The notes: generated by a model from the sequence alone, not told the origin. 63,447 bases of DNA, filler included, from Choristocarpus tenellus KU-1152 (GCA_964200185.2; 9 parts of 9 records of this genome joined end to end with filler, not necessarily neighbours in it); one strand, 5' to 3'. Positions 36,131 to 50,754 are shown, counted from the whole stretch's first letter. Program-made: numbers and translations.

Positions 36131-39049
36131 CTGAAAAAAAAAGAAGCAAAAGACGAAGACAAGTCAACCGTATACAAGCACCAAGAAGTTTATCAGAAAT
36201 GCATTGCGGTATGAGGATTTCATGCACAGCCACAGGGTTAACACTACTACAGCTGCTAAGATGATTGAATGTTTCAGTCTTCACGGGGACATGTCGTCCA
36301 ACTCTCCCCTCTCACTCCCCCACTCTCCTCCCCTCAGAGAGGGAAGCAACAATGTTCGCAAATGGGTGTGATTCAAGCACACACCTGGTTTTGAAGCTGT
36401 CAATGGACTGAACCATAACTATGCAACAATTCAATTGTATCACAATAGATCGAGACATTTAATTGGATATTTTTTATTTCGCACATGAGCACACTGCACG
36501 CTCAACTTACGGCACTCAGCATTTCATATGCCTTACCTTGTAGGCAAGGCATTATAATCAAGTATATGAAAGAAAATGGAACCAATTCGACTGGCATCTA
36601 CCTATGGATACTTTCAATTTACAACACTACACCACTCTGGGCCTACCTAGACCAGCCTAACCCATCTGAAAAAAATACTTCACCACATCAAGGAGATCAG
36701 AGTGCGCTTGTTGCATATCCCCATATCCCCCGTAGCCCCCGTAGCCACCATAGCCCCCGTAGCCCCCATAGCCACCCATGCCTGGGAAACCTTCCCTACC
36801 TCCCAATCCCGCCATATCCATGTAGGCTCCTCCCCCACNNNNNNNNNNNNNNNNNNNNNNNNNNNNNNNNNNNNNNNNNNNNTTAATTAATTAANNNNNN
36901 NNNNNNNNNNNNNNNNNNNNNNNNNNNNNNNNNNNNNNCCCCCCAAACCACAAATATGCATAGAGGGGATGCAGGTGTGGTGCACAGGCCAAGGGATGGG
37001 AGGATGAGAGACCAAGACCAAGTTGAAGTTAGGAAAGAGTTTCACTATCAAAATTATTCTATATTGAATCATTTCACTATCATATTATTTTATATTTATT
37101 ATTTTATACACGTACTGCTTGCACCACATGTAAAAGAGAAGAGGATATAGTACTACTTTATAGTCTTCTACTGGAAGACTTCTGTAAGACTATGAGGTGA
37201 GATAAACTAAGTCATTGTGTGTAGAGAGTTGGGAACACCACTTGAACACCACATTTGTAACAAAATATCACCATAAAATAAATAGTAATTAACATTGGTA
37301 CATTTGCATACAATACAAAATCACCTAAAAAAGATAAACAGTTATTAACTGGAATTATTATTATTATTAACTAGAATCAGATGTGATATAAATCAATCAT
37401 GATGTTGATAATATTCACAGAGTAACCCCAACCCTAAGTACCATCAGACACATCGATGAGGTTTAAGGTCCACTACTACTAACCATATAAATATAATAAA
37501 ATTGAAGTGAGGTATAAGGTTATATACTACTAACCATATAGACAAAATAAAATAAAAGTTCACTCACTACAAAAATAAAAAAATAAACCCACGTACTACA
37601 GCTAAATCAACCTCAGATCACATATTCCTGCAATTAGAGCTCCTCTTTGATTCCTGAGTCTCCATTGGTCAGTGACATTAGAGGAGTGTCTAATGGAGGT
37701 TTAGGGTTAGGGTTACTATCCAGACTACGTAATGCCTCACAAAAATAGGGAAGGGTGAATATAGTGATCACAAATATAATGATTGAGAGAGATATGGGTG
37801 TCTTTGAGGTAAGCAGAAAGTGAATATGCATGGCCATTTTCTTACGCATCTTGTTTGTTTGACTCTCTTATGGAGATGGACAATTTCTCACTCCTATTCA
37901 TTTATTTATTTTACACCCTTTGTAATTTCTGGTGCTACTGTACTCTGTTGTAGTTGGAATTGGTGTAACAACTTCAGTGTGTACAGGTTTGACAATGGTA
38001 TGGCATACCTTGTCATGACAGTTCACATTGCAGGTACTAACATTAAAACATGCTGGGTGTATTAATACTATGCATTACACTGTGCTTTGGTTTCAGAACA
38101 ATTCCAACAATAAACCTGATCACAGGGGGGGGGGGCACACAAACAAACAAAAAGTTATGTAGAATGCAGCAGTATGCTAAAATAGAGTCATTGCTAAAGG
38201 GTTAGGGATGTGTATATTGAAAATATGGTGTGGAAGAAACAAAATCAAAATAATCACCCCTAATGCTGCTTTTGCTTTGCTCTAGCCCTAACCCTTGCTC
38301 CAACCCTACACCCACAAAAAAAAAGCTTGTGGCCAATGTATGCACCAATCTTGAAAGTGAAACAATGTGAGGTAGGATTGCCGTACCAGAATAAGACTCT
38401 TGTGTGTATAAATCAGAAGTATTGTAAATGTACATACATTGACCATATTCGTATGAAGAAAGAACTGTACATTTGTTGTTCATTTCTTTCTCTCATTAAG
38501 AGGTTGTGCTGGTGCTTTCCACCACTGAAAATAATATATATGTATTAAAATGTAATATTGAAATGTGTGAGAATGACGCAGTAGTCTCAGTCCTCTTATT
38601 GCTGTTCATCATGTGGACAGAGAGGGGGAGGCACGCACAATCGGGTCTACATAATCCACTGAGTGACCTGAACATGACAAATGTAGGTAGGTATGGAATA
38701 TAGGTCAAACAGGGTGTCATTGGAGGTTGGTTGCATGTGTGGGTTGGAGCGACAATTTCCAGTTGGTTGATTTGACTCAAACTATTTTCCCCTAACCCTA
38801 ACCTCTCAAGTTTCCCTCTTTTGTTCTGCCCTAACCCTCACATTGTTGTGCCCCTTTCCAAGTCACAATCGCATGGCTGTTCTCACTGTATTTTACCCTA
38901 CCACTGCACATCACATTGAACAAACAATACTAGGTGTTTTACTAAACAGACTATAGCAGGTGTTTTGCTTAGTCCACACTATTAACTACAACACGCTAAT
39001 CATCTTCAATATCCTTCAAAAAAAGGGTCAGAACGTCCAATTAAGGCAG

Positions 39050-39575
39050 GTTCATGGGATTACCTTGAAGGCTGAAGTGTGCAACTTCTCCCCCGATGCA
39101 GTCTTGTAGACAATACCTCCAATTGCCACCAGGGCCAATGAGAAGCCTAACATCGCCATGACTTTTGTCGGCAGGAATGGCGAGATCAAAAACAGCTGCC
39201 ATGCATGGGAGAAGACATTGGGGGTACAGTGTTGAAATGCTCAAGCGATAAGCATGTTTCATGGATCAATTGCTCAAAAAACGTTTATACAAATGTACTT
39301 CCAGAGTACAGCAACTCTATCAAGTCAAGTGTGATCTGTGCAGAGGTGTGTCAAGAGTACATGGTAAACGGTACATCCACTATCTGCACTATGGCTGCAT
39401 TGTAGTGTGCTACAAGATAGAAGCACCAGGCCATGTGTGAGCTAGGGGACAACAGCCGTATTGTACAGGTGAGTCCTGTCTGTGTATCTACATTGACAAC
39501 AAAAACACACTACTACTAAATGCCAACAGCAGTTTCAACCTTACAAGACTTGAGTAAAAGAGTTTAGTCCTCAGA
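39050..39575 (+). pseudogene. Highly degenerate Ty3/gypsy RT-RNase H remnant
   Basis: HGITLKAEVCNF (cf. GL.LK..KC.F), then IYIDNKN (cf. IYTDHKNL) and EFSP. Confidence 0.35.
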
Positions 39576-41797
39576 GAGTTGTGAGCCCACAACAGGCTTG
39601 CCTGTGCTTTGTAGGTCAGCCATTCCCGAAAGCTGCGCAACCAGCCCAGACCTAATCCTGTCCATACTGCTGCTGTAGTCAAACCCTCATAATGTGGCAG
39701 TGTGGAATGCTGATCTGGAGCGGCCTGGGGTTCTCTGGGCTGTGAGTACCTAAGGGATCTGAGATTTCTCATCAACGACCTCCAGCCCATAGCCTCATGT
39801 AGGTAAAACAGCAACATATAGTTAGGTTGTGATGATGAGGCTTGGAGAACAGGTGTTGAACACAACCGCTAAATCTCACACCTCCCTCTTGGCAAGCTCT
39901 TTAAAAACTATAAAATCATCCAAGTGGAAGGGTGTGCCCTACATCACTGATTCAAGCAAGCAATACTCTAGTTAGGAGAATGCGGACGCAGATATGGAGC
40001 TCTTGTCCTCAAAGTCGACGCCCCTCTGCATGTATGATCTGGTCGGAGTCCTAACGAGTGCCATCATTGGCATCAGACAAGGTGAGTCAAGAAACATCAT
40101 CATCGCAAGAGAATTACAGCCTTCATCAAGTGCAAATTATTCGATGATTTAGGCAAGAACCTCCTGCTCACAGGAAAACATTCTACAGGTAGATACTTGA
40201 GAACCCGCTCAAGTAAGATACTAATACACTATTTCCACACACTGAAGAAATTTATTCCTGCTGAGTACGACCTCACAGAAAGCACTGTCCTCAGTGAAAA
40301 CAATACAGTCACAAAAATATCTGGGATGTCTGTTTTCTTATAACATCCAACCTGTCAGGCCCGAGATTTTGTTGCCACAAATTTCACCGCTCTACAGAAC
40401 CAAGGAGTATAACCTATCCCACCTTTGCAGGTAGGCGTCTTCTCGACCAGGCCGTCTTTCCAATGCCGTTGTTGCAGTCGTTAAGGAACTGTCTCCCAAC
40501 TGCACCAGAATCCATCCCGGCATCTGCCCCTGCCAAAAGCTCTGTCCTGTTTCTCAACACCTTAATCGAAGTTTGATGGTTGAAGGTGTAGATCCTGCAT
40601 CGTGTACGGGGTTGAAGTAGGAACATGAGAGAGCCATGTGCACGAGGGAGGCTAAACATTCCTCACCTTATCTTCCCTACCGCGGTGATGGGTATTTTTC
40701 TCCCTATAAAAGCGATATTCCAATACTGATCAGGTAGGAAGTCGGAAAATGGCCTTGATTTGCGTTTGGCGCATGTAGGTTTTTAATGCACAGACTTACT
40801 TCGATGGAGGCTGGAATGGCACCAGTGGCAGATGGAGATGAAAGGCAGAGGAGTAAGAGAGAGTAGCAGTGGCCAGTAAGGCTGCCATGTACGCCATGGC
40901 TGCACCCCAGTGGTGTGAGCATTACACCCTGTAAACATTTCATGTATCGATCATACGTACATAAAACGTAGATATAGGTTGTTTGATGTATTGAAAGGTA
41001 TAGAGAGCCAGAGCATCAAACGAACCAATCAAACAACCAAACAGCGATCAATAAAGTTGGCAAAAATATATATTCAATGAGGATGAGACGTTCGTATTTC
41101 ATATTTATGATTTGAAATAATACTACTTCTACAACTATAACTACAACTACTAAAACTACTCGTATAATTACTATAATGTTAGGTATATAAGAGAGGGTAA
41201 TACAAAGGGAGAAAAAACCCATATATCCCGATCCTCTCTTATTGTATATAAGAGCGCCTTTCTCTTAAACAGAATAGATCGTGATAAGAGAAACCTATCT
41301 TATATCAACCAAAAGTGCTTGTAGGCACTTTATTCTTGTCCCCGAACGACGACAGAGCGACGCACTTGCTGTATTTGCTTCCCATGTGCCTTCAAGAATA
41401 GTTACATGTAGATATGTATTGGGCATTTCCCTCGGTGAGCCCATTTCAATGAAACTGTGGTGGTGCAGCAAGCACCACATCTACACCACCCCTGCATAAT
41501 ATACCAGTGTCGTATGTATACAGTACTGTAACTTTGGTAAATTACGCTTATTGCGATGTATTCACTCATATGTATAGTACATCCTCCCAAAAAAAGCAAC
41601 CGTGAGTCACTGGATGGCTGGACAGACAACTCGCAGTTCAAATCAAATCACATTCAAAGCCAATCTCCCACCAATGCCCCTGCCCTATGTATTCAATTGC
41701 ACTCAAAAAGGATATTATACAGTACAAAAACACCACCGTGGATCAAATGTAGCTGTACCACCATATATCCCTCATTGCACGCACTGAGTAAAATAAC

Positions 41798-42250
41798 TTA
41801 TTCGCTGAAAAAAAAATCGCGACCGCCAAAAAAATTGTGGATGTCTGCTTGTTTGATTGCCCTTGCCTCATTTATGCTAAGCCAAGCCAGCTTGACTTTC
41901 CGGAGATGGTAGAAAATATCGTTCATGTTGCACTCTTCAGCAGTTGTTTCTAAGCTTGCAAACTCGTCAGCTACTTGAGAGTACAGCGGTGGTGGAATTG
42001 AGAGCACCGAAGAGGCTGCTCCTTTCCTCACGGCCCCCGATGTGCTGACCCTCCCATAAACCCATCTTCATCCTTGTCACCCGAGCTTTCATTATCTGAC
42101 TGGTACAAGAATTTCTCGAGCAGCTGATCTTTCGTGTCCTCTAGTATCACATTGGCCACTTCATCGTTGTTTTTCATAATGATCTACGCTCTTGCTGTGT
42201 TGATGGAAGCCTGAGATGGTTTCCCCCTGGTTTGAGGTGCAGAGCATCAA
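41798..42250 (-). pseudogene. C-terminal remnant of a pogo/Tigger-like transposase
   Basis: Acidic linker followed by PPLYSQVADEFASLETTAEEC..FYHLRKVKLAW..IKQADIHNFF, resembling the KQ..I..FF ending of pogo/CENP-B-like transposases; candidate TA|CAGT terminus at about 41519. Confidence 0.45.
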
Positions 42251-42639
42251 GAGCATCAGAGAGATCCTCATTGATATATAGGGACACCTTGTGTGGGACG
42301 TTACTGTGCAATATAGGCTGATATTCTATATGGTTTATACGTGTTTAGTGAACACTCGTAGACAACAGGAATGTTGGCTAAGTGGAACAAGTGTCATTGA
42401 CTTGTGTTCGTGTAAGTAAAGTAATGAGGTCGAATCTCAGGTGATCGATTTCTTATTGCTTGATATAAATGGACTAATGGAGGAGTTCTGACATAGTACT
42501 AGCTACACAGGATAAGTGACATAGTACGATGTAACGGCANNNNNNNNNNNNNNNNNNNNNNNNNNNNNNNNNNNNNNNNNNNNTTAATTAATTAANNNNN
42601 NNNNNNNNNNNNNNNNNNNNNNNNNNNNNNNNNNNNNNN

Positions 42640-42683
42640 CACCCTGGTGTAGACCCCCCCCCCCCCCCCAGATACTTTGGGTC
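42640..42683. mobile_element. MITE family B end at contig start
   Basis: CACCCTGGTGTAGACCCC..CAGATACTTTGGGTC matches the end of the 25096-25275 copy. Confidence 0.8.
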
Positions 42684-43199
42684 TTTAGTAGGGCTTAGGG
42701 CGTTTACCCCCATCCCAAGGCATTCCTACTTGGAATACATAAACCGTTGCAATGATCCAATTGACTCCCTTGATGGGGTGGGTGATCCCCCTCATAGAGT
42801 GGGTGGTTCCCTCATAAATGGCACCAGTCTTACACTCTTTTATCTTCCTGGACCGATCCTGTTGAATCATACTGGGCACAAATAATCTTTGGGGGTGGGA
42901 TCTAGCACAGGGTGTCCATTCGGGCCTTGAGCAGGTGTTGTGAATTTAGCCAGTGTGAAGCCTTTTCTTGAGCTGAGTCTCTGTTTTGTTTTGATAAAGT
43001 GATTAATAGGGTACACTTCGGGTAAATCGTTATGCTAAAATTGAGGCTTGGAAGAAGGTGAAGTTTATGTGAAGGTTGTGGTTGGGCCACGTGTCTGCCG
43101 ATGACTTTGGGGCCAAGTGGAGGAGGCGCAACTTAGACAAGTCACTATAATGTAGTGTCGTAGCACATAGCCAAACATACTATGTTAATCACTAACTGG

Positions 43200-43500
43200 G
43201 CGAGTTGATCCCTGTACATATACAAGGAAGTAACGCAGTGTAGCAGAACGTCCAACATGCTGTCGATGTGTACAATATGTTATAAAGTAGCTAAGGACAC
43301 GAGGGGCTCGTGATCTGTGTACACCTCGAAGGAAAACGCCTTGCAGGCGTTGCTGGAAGCATTTGATGATGGTATATACTAGTGTACTGGCCTCTAACTA
43401 TGTGGCAGTTTCCAGTTCCGCTTGTTGGAGAGAATTGAATGTTGAATGCAACAAGAGATAGATGTGGCGCATATCACGGTTGCCCTGCACTTGGACTTGT
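43200..43500 (-). pseudogene. Ty3/gypsy RNase H remnant
   Basis: FEVYTDHEPL motif at about 43300-43335, preceded by frameshifted AT*LEASTLVY (cf. ELEA.A.VW). Confidence 0.55.
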
Positions 43501-46184
43501 CTTGAAACCGCGGGTGTAAACCCTTAAAAGTTCATTCTGCCTCAAAATTCAATACATATTTAGACAGAATGATGAGATAATTGAAGCAGAAAGTATTTTG
43601 ATACTCGGTAGTCATAGGGTACACCATAGCAAGAAAGCTGAAAGTTATGAAGTAATAACACTATACTTCAAAAAAGCTAATCAGTCCTGTATAAATCACG
43701 GTATAACACCAAAAACTGTACGTTTCTTTTCTTATTATTACGCAAAAATTCCAATGAAGGAATGTAACAAAATGCCTGCTCAAAGAACATGTATCGTGTT
43801 GAATAAACCAGTCGTTTTCCACAAAATGAATTTTCTGACTGTGCAAGTACTAAGTTGAATTAGTTGAGGAATTATGCTCCGTCAGCAAAAAAAATATAGA
43901 TGCCTCTGCACAATGAATATATACGAAGGTAACAAGTAAATACAGCCAGGCAATTGCCCCGACTTTACTTCATATCCTCATCACTTAAATTCCATGCACT
44001 AAACCTCCCAGGTTTACGGCTGTGTTATCAAGTTGCTGTTAAGAAGAGGCGATATCTATAGGAAAAGTAATAAAGAAGGTAGTAGGTGATGATGTAGGAG
44101 ATTACATTGTTCTATAAGAATATTACCCACCATATATCTACCAAAGACGCCCTGAAATATACAAAAGCTAGGCGGACTTCCAGATACTCTCCCATCAGAA
44201 TTACCAAACGGTTATTTTGTCTTGCCTGGAGTATGAGCAAAGACAAGAGATCAACAAAAAATGATAACTTCTCTATAGAACAATATACTCTTGACAGAGC
44301 AGATTTAAAAGCAGTTCGGGGAAGTACTTCCATCTACTCGAAAACTGCCTCGAACAAGAGTGGTAGAGGCGCGAATATCCAGAAGGCCTTGGGATGGGCA
44401 GCTTCTTTAAACACTATTGGATTTGTGTACAAATATCAAAAAACCTTGGGAGGTAGTGTGTGGCACTCTGTCCATCTTCATCATAGCTTTTTTTCTCGAA
44501 GTCCATTGACCACAATGTTACACAATTATAACAGCAACGACAAGGTCCAACAAACTGTGCTTCTGAGTTTTTCAAGAACTGCGATGAGATTTGTCACAAA
44601 GTGTAATGAAACTACCATTCAAGGGTGGGTTCAATTGACTTGGTGATATTGAGAACTGCTGGTGCGTCCCAACTGTCGAGGATAATAACCGCACCCTCAC
44701 TTGAAGGTTGATATTAAAATACCTACCACACCCATTTTGGTCTGGTGTACCAACCATTGAGTATACTTCTATGTAGAATGTGTATGTAGAAAAACTTGAC
44801 AAAACTTACAGATGCGGTTTTTGTCTACTGCCTAAATGTAATGTAGCCTGCAATTTCTACTCCTTGAGGGGTGGGGACAACAGACAGTCCACCTTCCCAT
44901 GAATAACACCTTTGTTAGCAGAGAACATCAGGCAGTGTTGGCAACGTGAGTAACACACAATGGTGCTGGGTGGGCCAATTGCAAACTTGGAAAAGCACTT
45001 ACGGAGCGCGTTCTTCTCGATAAGGTTAACACCGACAAGCCCACTACTAGAGAAATATTCAGAGCAGAATATTCCAACTTCAAAATCATTGTGTTCATGC
45101 GGAAACCATGAAAGCAGATATTGTCCTCTTTCAGGTTTGATAGCAGATGTCTGACATATATAAACGTAATGAACATGCTGCGAAGTAGTATTCACATGCA
45201 GCAAATGTCAACAAACAGGGCAACTAACAACACATTAAACAGTTAGTCTTGTAAGTCCTGTTGTCAATCAGTTCACACACACACACACACACACACGGTA
45301 TGTATGAGCACAGTATGTAAGTCAAAATTAGCATAGACAGCACTACTACTTCCTGCAAGGGAGGAAGCAGACCATTTTGCTTGTGCTCAAACCACTATCT
45401 GATACGTTAGGAATATGCTGAAGAAGTGGGGTACTGATCTGCAAAGAATGTCCTGGCACAGTGTCTGCCATTTGCCGTAGGGAGTGTGACATATTCACAA
45501 CTTGAGATTGACTTTACCTGGGCAATGAACCTCACCTACTGGCAACAACATTTGGGGTCATCACCACTAAACATTTCTCACTCGCTGCTTGCTTGCACTC
45601 AGGCGAATCAATAAACATTTTCCCAGGTTGTGGACTGCATCTTTTGCCTCTGACATCCCTTTGCAATTAACGGCATTCTTCTTTGATCATCATTGAGAAC
45701 GACAGCCCTGAATATGGACATACCTTCAGTCAGACAGGAGGATGCAGACATACAAAGCACCTATCATCCTTCCTGAGCTTCCAGAGAGAAACCCCCACAC
45801 AAACTCTGCTGCTCGTATTTGTTTCGAACTCTTTCTTTAAAACATGGGGATACTACACTGCACCACATCAATGTGCACAGAGCAAATTACAGCTTGACTG
45901 ACAGATAAGTGTCACCCAATCCTAAAAGACGACACCTGAGCATTAAGTAACTTGCGGAGTAAAAAAGTACACAATTCCCTCTCTTGAGAATTTCAATGTT
46001 CATGCAGCAAACGGAAGAAAGGTTTGCTGGTGGTGTCAGGAGGACCACCCTATGTGTATATTCAACACAACAAAGACGCCTTTAGACAGCAAGCACGCAA
46101 CAAAACAGGTCAGACTTCATTGACTTTTCTCAGCCAGCATGAGCTTTGCATCTGTTCTCCAGCCTGGCACTACTCAGTCAACCA

Positions 46185-47563
46185 TCAATTACGAATGGCC
46201 TTGTCCAGGATTTCCTCGTGCTCCTTCATGTGCACCTGAGAACGGGCATTGACAGGCAGGACGCGAAAGGGAATGCATGAAACACTCGACTTTCACAAAA
46301 ATCACTCCTGGCATTTTCTGAAATGTGAGGACTCTTAAGGCATACATTCACATTTTATAGCTGGGAAAAATCTGCATTGCCTGCCTTCTGTATGCGTGCG
46401 TTTGTTTATGCTGAGTTACTAGCAGTACATAGGTTTCTCCAACACAGCTCTGAATGACGTCATTGGGACATAAAGTTCCGTGTGCTTCATATTCGTAACT
46501 CAACCAAAAAAATGAACTCCCTCGATAACAGAACTATCTACTACTCTGGAGAAATACCTCCAAATCACATTTCAACCGTAGGGTAAACCAAACGCCTACG
46601 GACAGGAATTCATTATGCTCCTCCAGGAGGACAGGGTGAACATACATGCGTATAGAGATGGGAGTGCTGTCAATCACTTGTGGGTTAGGGTTAGGGAAGG
46701 AGTTGCTGTTGTTGTTGTTGTTGTTGTTGTTGTTGTCAAGGGCTACAGAACACTTCATTGCAACATCCTAGGCCCTCACCTTGCTCAGGCCAGTAGCTGG
46801 GGCTGCAGATGTGGTCCGTCCAATGTAGCGCGGTCGCCTCTCTGCATTGTTGATGTCCCTGGTAGAGGTTTCAATGCAGGGGTTGACAAACGTCCAGGCA
46901 CCCATGTTCTTGGGCTCCTCCTGGACCCAGCACACCTTTTCATGTTTTCATGTGCATGGTGTTGAAAGGCTTGGGGGTGTTAGACCATCAAATACCATAG
47001 GACAGAATTGTTGATGTAGAGTGAAGGTTCGTGGATGGATACCATGCACGAACGGTAATTGTTTTGGAACCAAGAATCATAGTCCTCTCCCCTGGCAAAC
47101 ATGAGGGCAAAAGGGCAGGAATTAAGGGAAAATACCCCCCCCATCCCCCCCCCCCCCTTAATATGTGAATGCTACAATATTGCACGAAGAAGGGCAAGGC
47201 ACCTTCCTGAACGGCATTGGGTACAAGGCCATGAAAAAGACGACAACACTTGACAGGAACCAGGAGAAAGTATATATATATAGAAACAATACATACAGAA
47301 ACAAGAGGAACTGTGCACTACTTCCAGGACACGCTGGAGAGAGAAACCTTACACTTATCATAATGACCAGGAAAAGCTACACCAACAAAAACAATAAAAA
47401 TAATTTTACACCCTTGGAGGGGGAAAAAGAAGAGCTAGTGCTATAGTCCTCAGTTAATACACACCTCGGCATTGGGGTACTGGGCGGCCTCCTCAGCCAC
47501 ACGATCGAAGGGGAAGGGAGAGATTTGCTCCACGCGAGCAATGGCGATGTCTGTGCGGCCCAG
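46185..47563 (-). CDS. OGDH: 2-oxoglutarate dehydrogenase E1, last three exons: 47563-47465, 46935-46780, 46235-46185
   Basis: [21 protein letters not shown]|[32 protein letters not shown]|[16 protein letters not shown]; all GT-AG, phase 0. Confidence 0.96.
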
Positions 47564-47682
47564 CTATTTGCAGCGATAACACAAGAGAAGAGGAGAGACT
47601 CTTAGAAAGTGCCAAAAGACGTGAAGACGTCGCGGGTCCCCCACAACTAGGACCAAGAACGTAAAAAAAATTGAATAAAAGA

Positions 47683-47754
47683 AGCGCCGAGTCGGGATCG
47701 AACCAAGGACCCGTAGAGCTGCAATCTACTGCTCTACCACTGAGCTATCAGCGC
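47683..47754 (-). tRNA. tRNA-Cys (GCA)
   Basis: Cloverleaf GCGCTGA-TA-GCTC AGTGGTA GAGC-A-GTAGA TTGCAGC TCTAC-GGGTC-CTTGG TTCGATC CCGAC-TCGGCGC-T; U73 discriminator; T-runs downstream. Confidence 0.9.
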
Positions 47755-48139
47755 TTTTTACATGGTGTCTGCTCTGCACACGTAGGCCTTATACACGTTA
47801 TGGCTGTATGCGCGAGTGTATATTCTTGAGTGTATAAATCAAATAGTAACTGTGTATGACAAGAAGGATCATGAAAGTTTGCGCACTAGTCCTGCAAGAA
47901 TAGTGAATTTATACGCACAAAAGCAATTTCGATATACAAGGACAGGTATATGCTTGCGCTTGTATTAACAGACGATTTCAAAAATTGAGGATGGAGCTTT
48001 TCATTGCGGATGGGCTTGACCCAAAGTTGACTGGGATAANNNNNNNNNNNNNNNNNNNNNNNNNNNNNNNNNNNNNNNNNNNNTTAATTAATTAANNNNN
48101 NNNNNNNNNNNNNNNNNNNNNNNNNNNNNNNNNNNNNNN

Positions 48140-48312
48140 GGGGGGGGGGGGGGGAGCGGGTTGGTGAGGGGGCGTCCGTTTCGGTCAAACAACTCATTTT
48201 TTTGCTGACATTTTAAATCCGACACGTGCGACCAAATTACACCCAAGAAGTGGAGATCGAAAAAAGGGTGAAAACGGACGCCAACACCCCCCCCCCCCAG
48301 ATACTTTGACCC
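48140..48312. mobile_element. MITE family C (left end lost at contig start)
   Basis: Poly-G..GGCGTCCGTTT ... AAACGGACGCC..poly-C CAGATACTTTGACCC. Confidence 0.7.
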
Positions 48313-49686
48313 TGTCGGCGGATAATCACCTGCTCAGTCAACACCCCTTACCATCAACACCCCCTGTTACCAAGACTGTAAATATTCCGTCAACATCTTT
48401 ACAGATACCTGCCACTGCTACAAATGTCTTTGTCAATACCACTGGTGACATTGTCGTTGTCAACACCACCAGTGCCATCTTCAACATTATCGACTGAGGA
48501 CCTGTGCATCAGCATAATAACTCAGAGCTGAAAGCAGCTGTCGAGGAAACAACGTCCTCCATGCATGGACCTTATTCGGTACTTGACAGAAACGAGGAAC
48601 ACTACGAATGTAAGGCAATCCACACCTATTGCCCTCATGACTACTTTGCCGAAAAGGTTATTAGCGAACTTCCCTAAGGATATGCGTCTTCCCTCCACTA
48701 CAATTGATGTACTGATCTTTCTGACAAAAGTTCCGTATGCATGTCACGCTTCAACTCCGTGATTCACAACGTGATCAATCGACCATTGATCGGACTTGTA
48801 TGGCCTATTCGCCTCTGATCTAGATTCAAATATGCCAGTATGCTATATTTTCAGAGTATGGAATGCAAAGTTGAATGACGTTCCCTGACCCAATTGCGTG
48901 CTATTCAAATGCGGAATAATTCCACGGATCCTACTCCCATTGCTGCTCCTAAAACATGGGATCATTTAGTTACGCAAATGCGATGGGAGACTGGGGCAGA
49001 CAGTGGGCAAATATTTCCCCAAAAAATCCGATGAAACGCTCGAAGCATATGCACTACATTTTCGATATTTTGTGGTAGATTTACTACAGGTGTTGACCGT
49101 TTATCTATGGATTCGAGCGACCAAAAATATAGTGATCAAATTTCTATTGCCCTCTTTGAAGGTGGATTACAACCCCATCTTCAGCTAAAACAGTTCAGTG
49201 AAGATTTCGCTTCTACATTATCCAAAGCATCAATCGCGCTAAGGATCATAAAGTCAACAAATCTAACGGGAAAAGGACATGCCCACGCACTTGCCCCTGT
49301 CCCTTCAACTCTACCAACCGTTCCGACTGCTGTCCCTACTATTTCCTCCGGTCACATTGTGCAGTCTGCGTTTCTCTTGGAAAATATTGCAGCGCTTCAA
49401 GCTACAAATAAACAGCTTGAACGTGAAGTCCGCAACCTCAATAGACACGTCATTGGTCGCTCGGGCAACAATCGAGCTCCTTCAACGCCCACTTCAGGCG
49501 ACCAACACATCAAGAAGTCAAATGCCATATTGAAAAATGTCCGTCGAACCATGTGACATGTGTAATCTCCCTTTTGTTCTGCAGATGGCAGTGCTCTGAT
49601 CATCATGGGGTTCATCATTTTTTCTCTACAATTAGGTGATAACACTATCTCAGTTGAAGGTTTGAAATTGCCCAGATGCCTTAGGA

Positions 49687-49868
49687 GACCCAAAGTATCT
49701 GGGGGAGGGGGGGGATCTACATCAGTGTATCCATTTGGGGCATAACCAGAAAAAGTGCACTTATATTATCCATTCGACGTATGCAACCAAATCACTCAAA
49801 AATCGCGACATGGAAAAATTTGGCTCCAAAAGGACAGCCGCCACTCCCACTGAGTGAGACTTTGAGCC
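49687..49868. mobile_element. MITE family B
   Basis: Termini GACCCAAAGTATC / GAGACTTTGAGCC; 4-bp TSD AGGA. Confidence 0.88.
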
Positions 49869-50394
49869 AGGAGGAAACTAATGATGTTCTTCTGGATAAC
49901 AGTGTTCTTGATGTTTTGGAGCAACATATGGTTGGCAGACTTCAAATATTATCATTCCAAGAAAGAAACACTGTTACACGTGCCATACATCGTACTATCC
50001 CTTCTTCTGGTAGTTCATCATCTCCTTTTCAAATAATAGCAGCTACACAAGCCAAGGTTCAATCTGTCCCATTTCACCTCAAGGAAAATTTCCATTCCCC
50101 CAGAATGATAAACTCTTGTACCTGCTCAAGTGATGAAACTTCATCTGATACCTGTGATGCTGTTTATGAACCACGTATCTGTTCATTTCATTATATTGAT
50201 TAACTAAAGGTCAATGATCCTTGGCAATTTGTTGCTATTGTTCGGACAGTTACAATGTTGGATGCTGATGATGGGTCAGGGTAGTACAAATTGCTAATAT
50301 GTCTAAACAAACAGTCTATTTACCAAAGGATACTCTACTTGGTCACATCTACCCAGAAGATATAGTCAACACCAGACACTCTCACATTAGTACT

Positions 50395-50578
50395 GACCCA
50401 AAGTACCTGAGGGGGGGGGGGGGGGGGTCTAAACGATTGTGTCCATTTGGGGCATAACCAGTAAAAGTGCACTTATATTATCCATTCGACATATGCAACC
50501 AAATCACCCAAAAATCGCGACATGGAAAAATTTGGCTCCAAAAGGACAGCCGCCACCCCCACCGAGATACTTTGAGCC
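50395..50578. mobile_element. MITE family B
   Basis: Termini GACCCAAAGTACC / GATACTTTGAGCC; 3-bp TSD ACT. Confidence 0.88.
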
Positions 50579-50754
50579 ACTGTATCTTCAAACATCTCTA
50601 TCCCTATCTGAACGAACTCGTTTTGATACAGCGTTGAAACCAGCTTTAATTTACACAACTTCTCTTCACCTCAAATACACGAAACACTGGATCTTTGTGC
50701 CAAATTCCGTTGAGTATTTTCCCTCGATACCTCCGAATTGGGAGCTCGCACAAT

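Larger units (their letters stand above)
48900..50750 (+). mobile_element. Degenerate Ty3/gypsy gag to pre-RT region, interrupted by two MITEs
   Basis: Gag-like ETLEAYALHF / IALFEGGLQPHLQ; IANMSKQTVYLPKDTLLGHI near 50290-50350, typical of the gypsy protease-RT linker; many stops. Confidence 0.6.

Noticed and set aside
44107-44646. 179-aa ORF
   Set aside because: No recognisable motif or splice support on either strand; cannot be called
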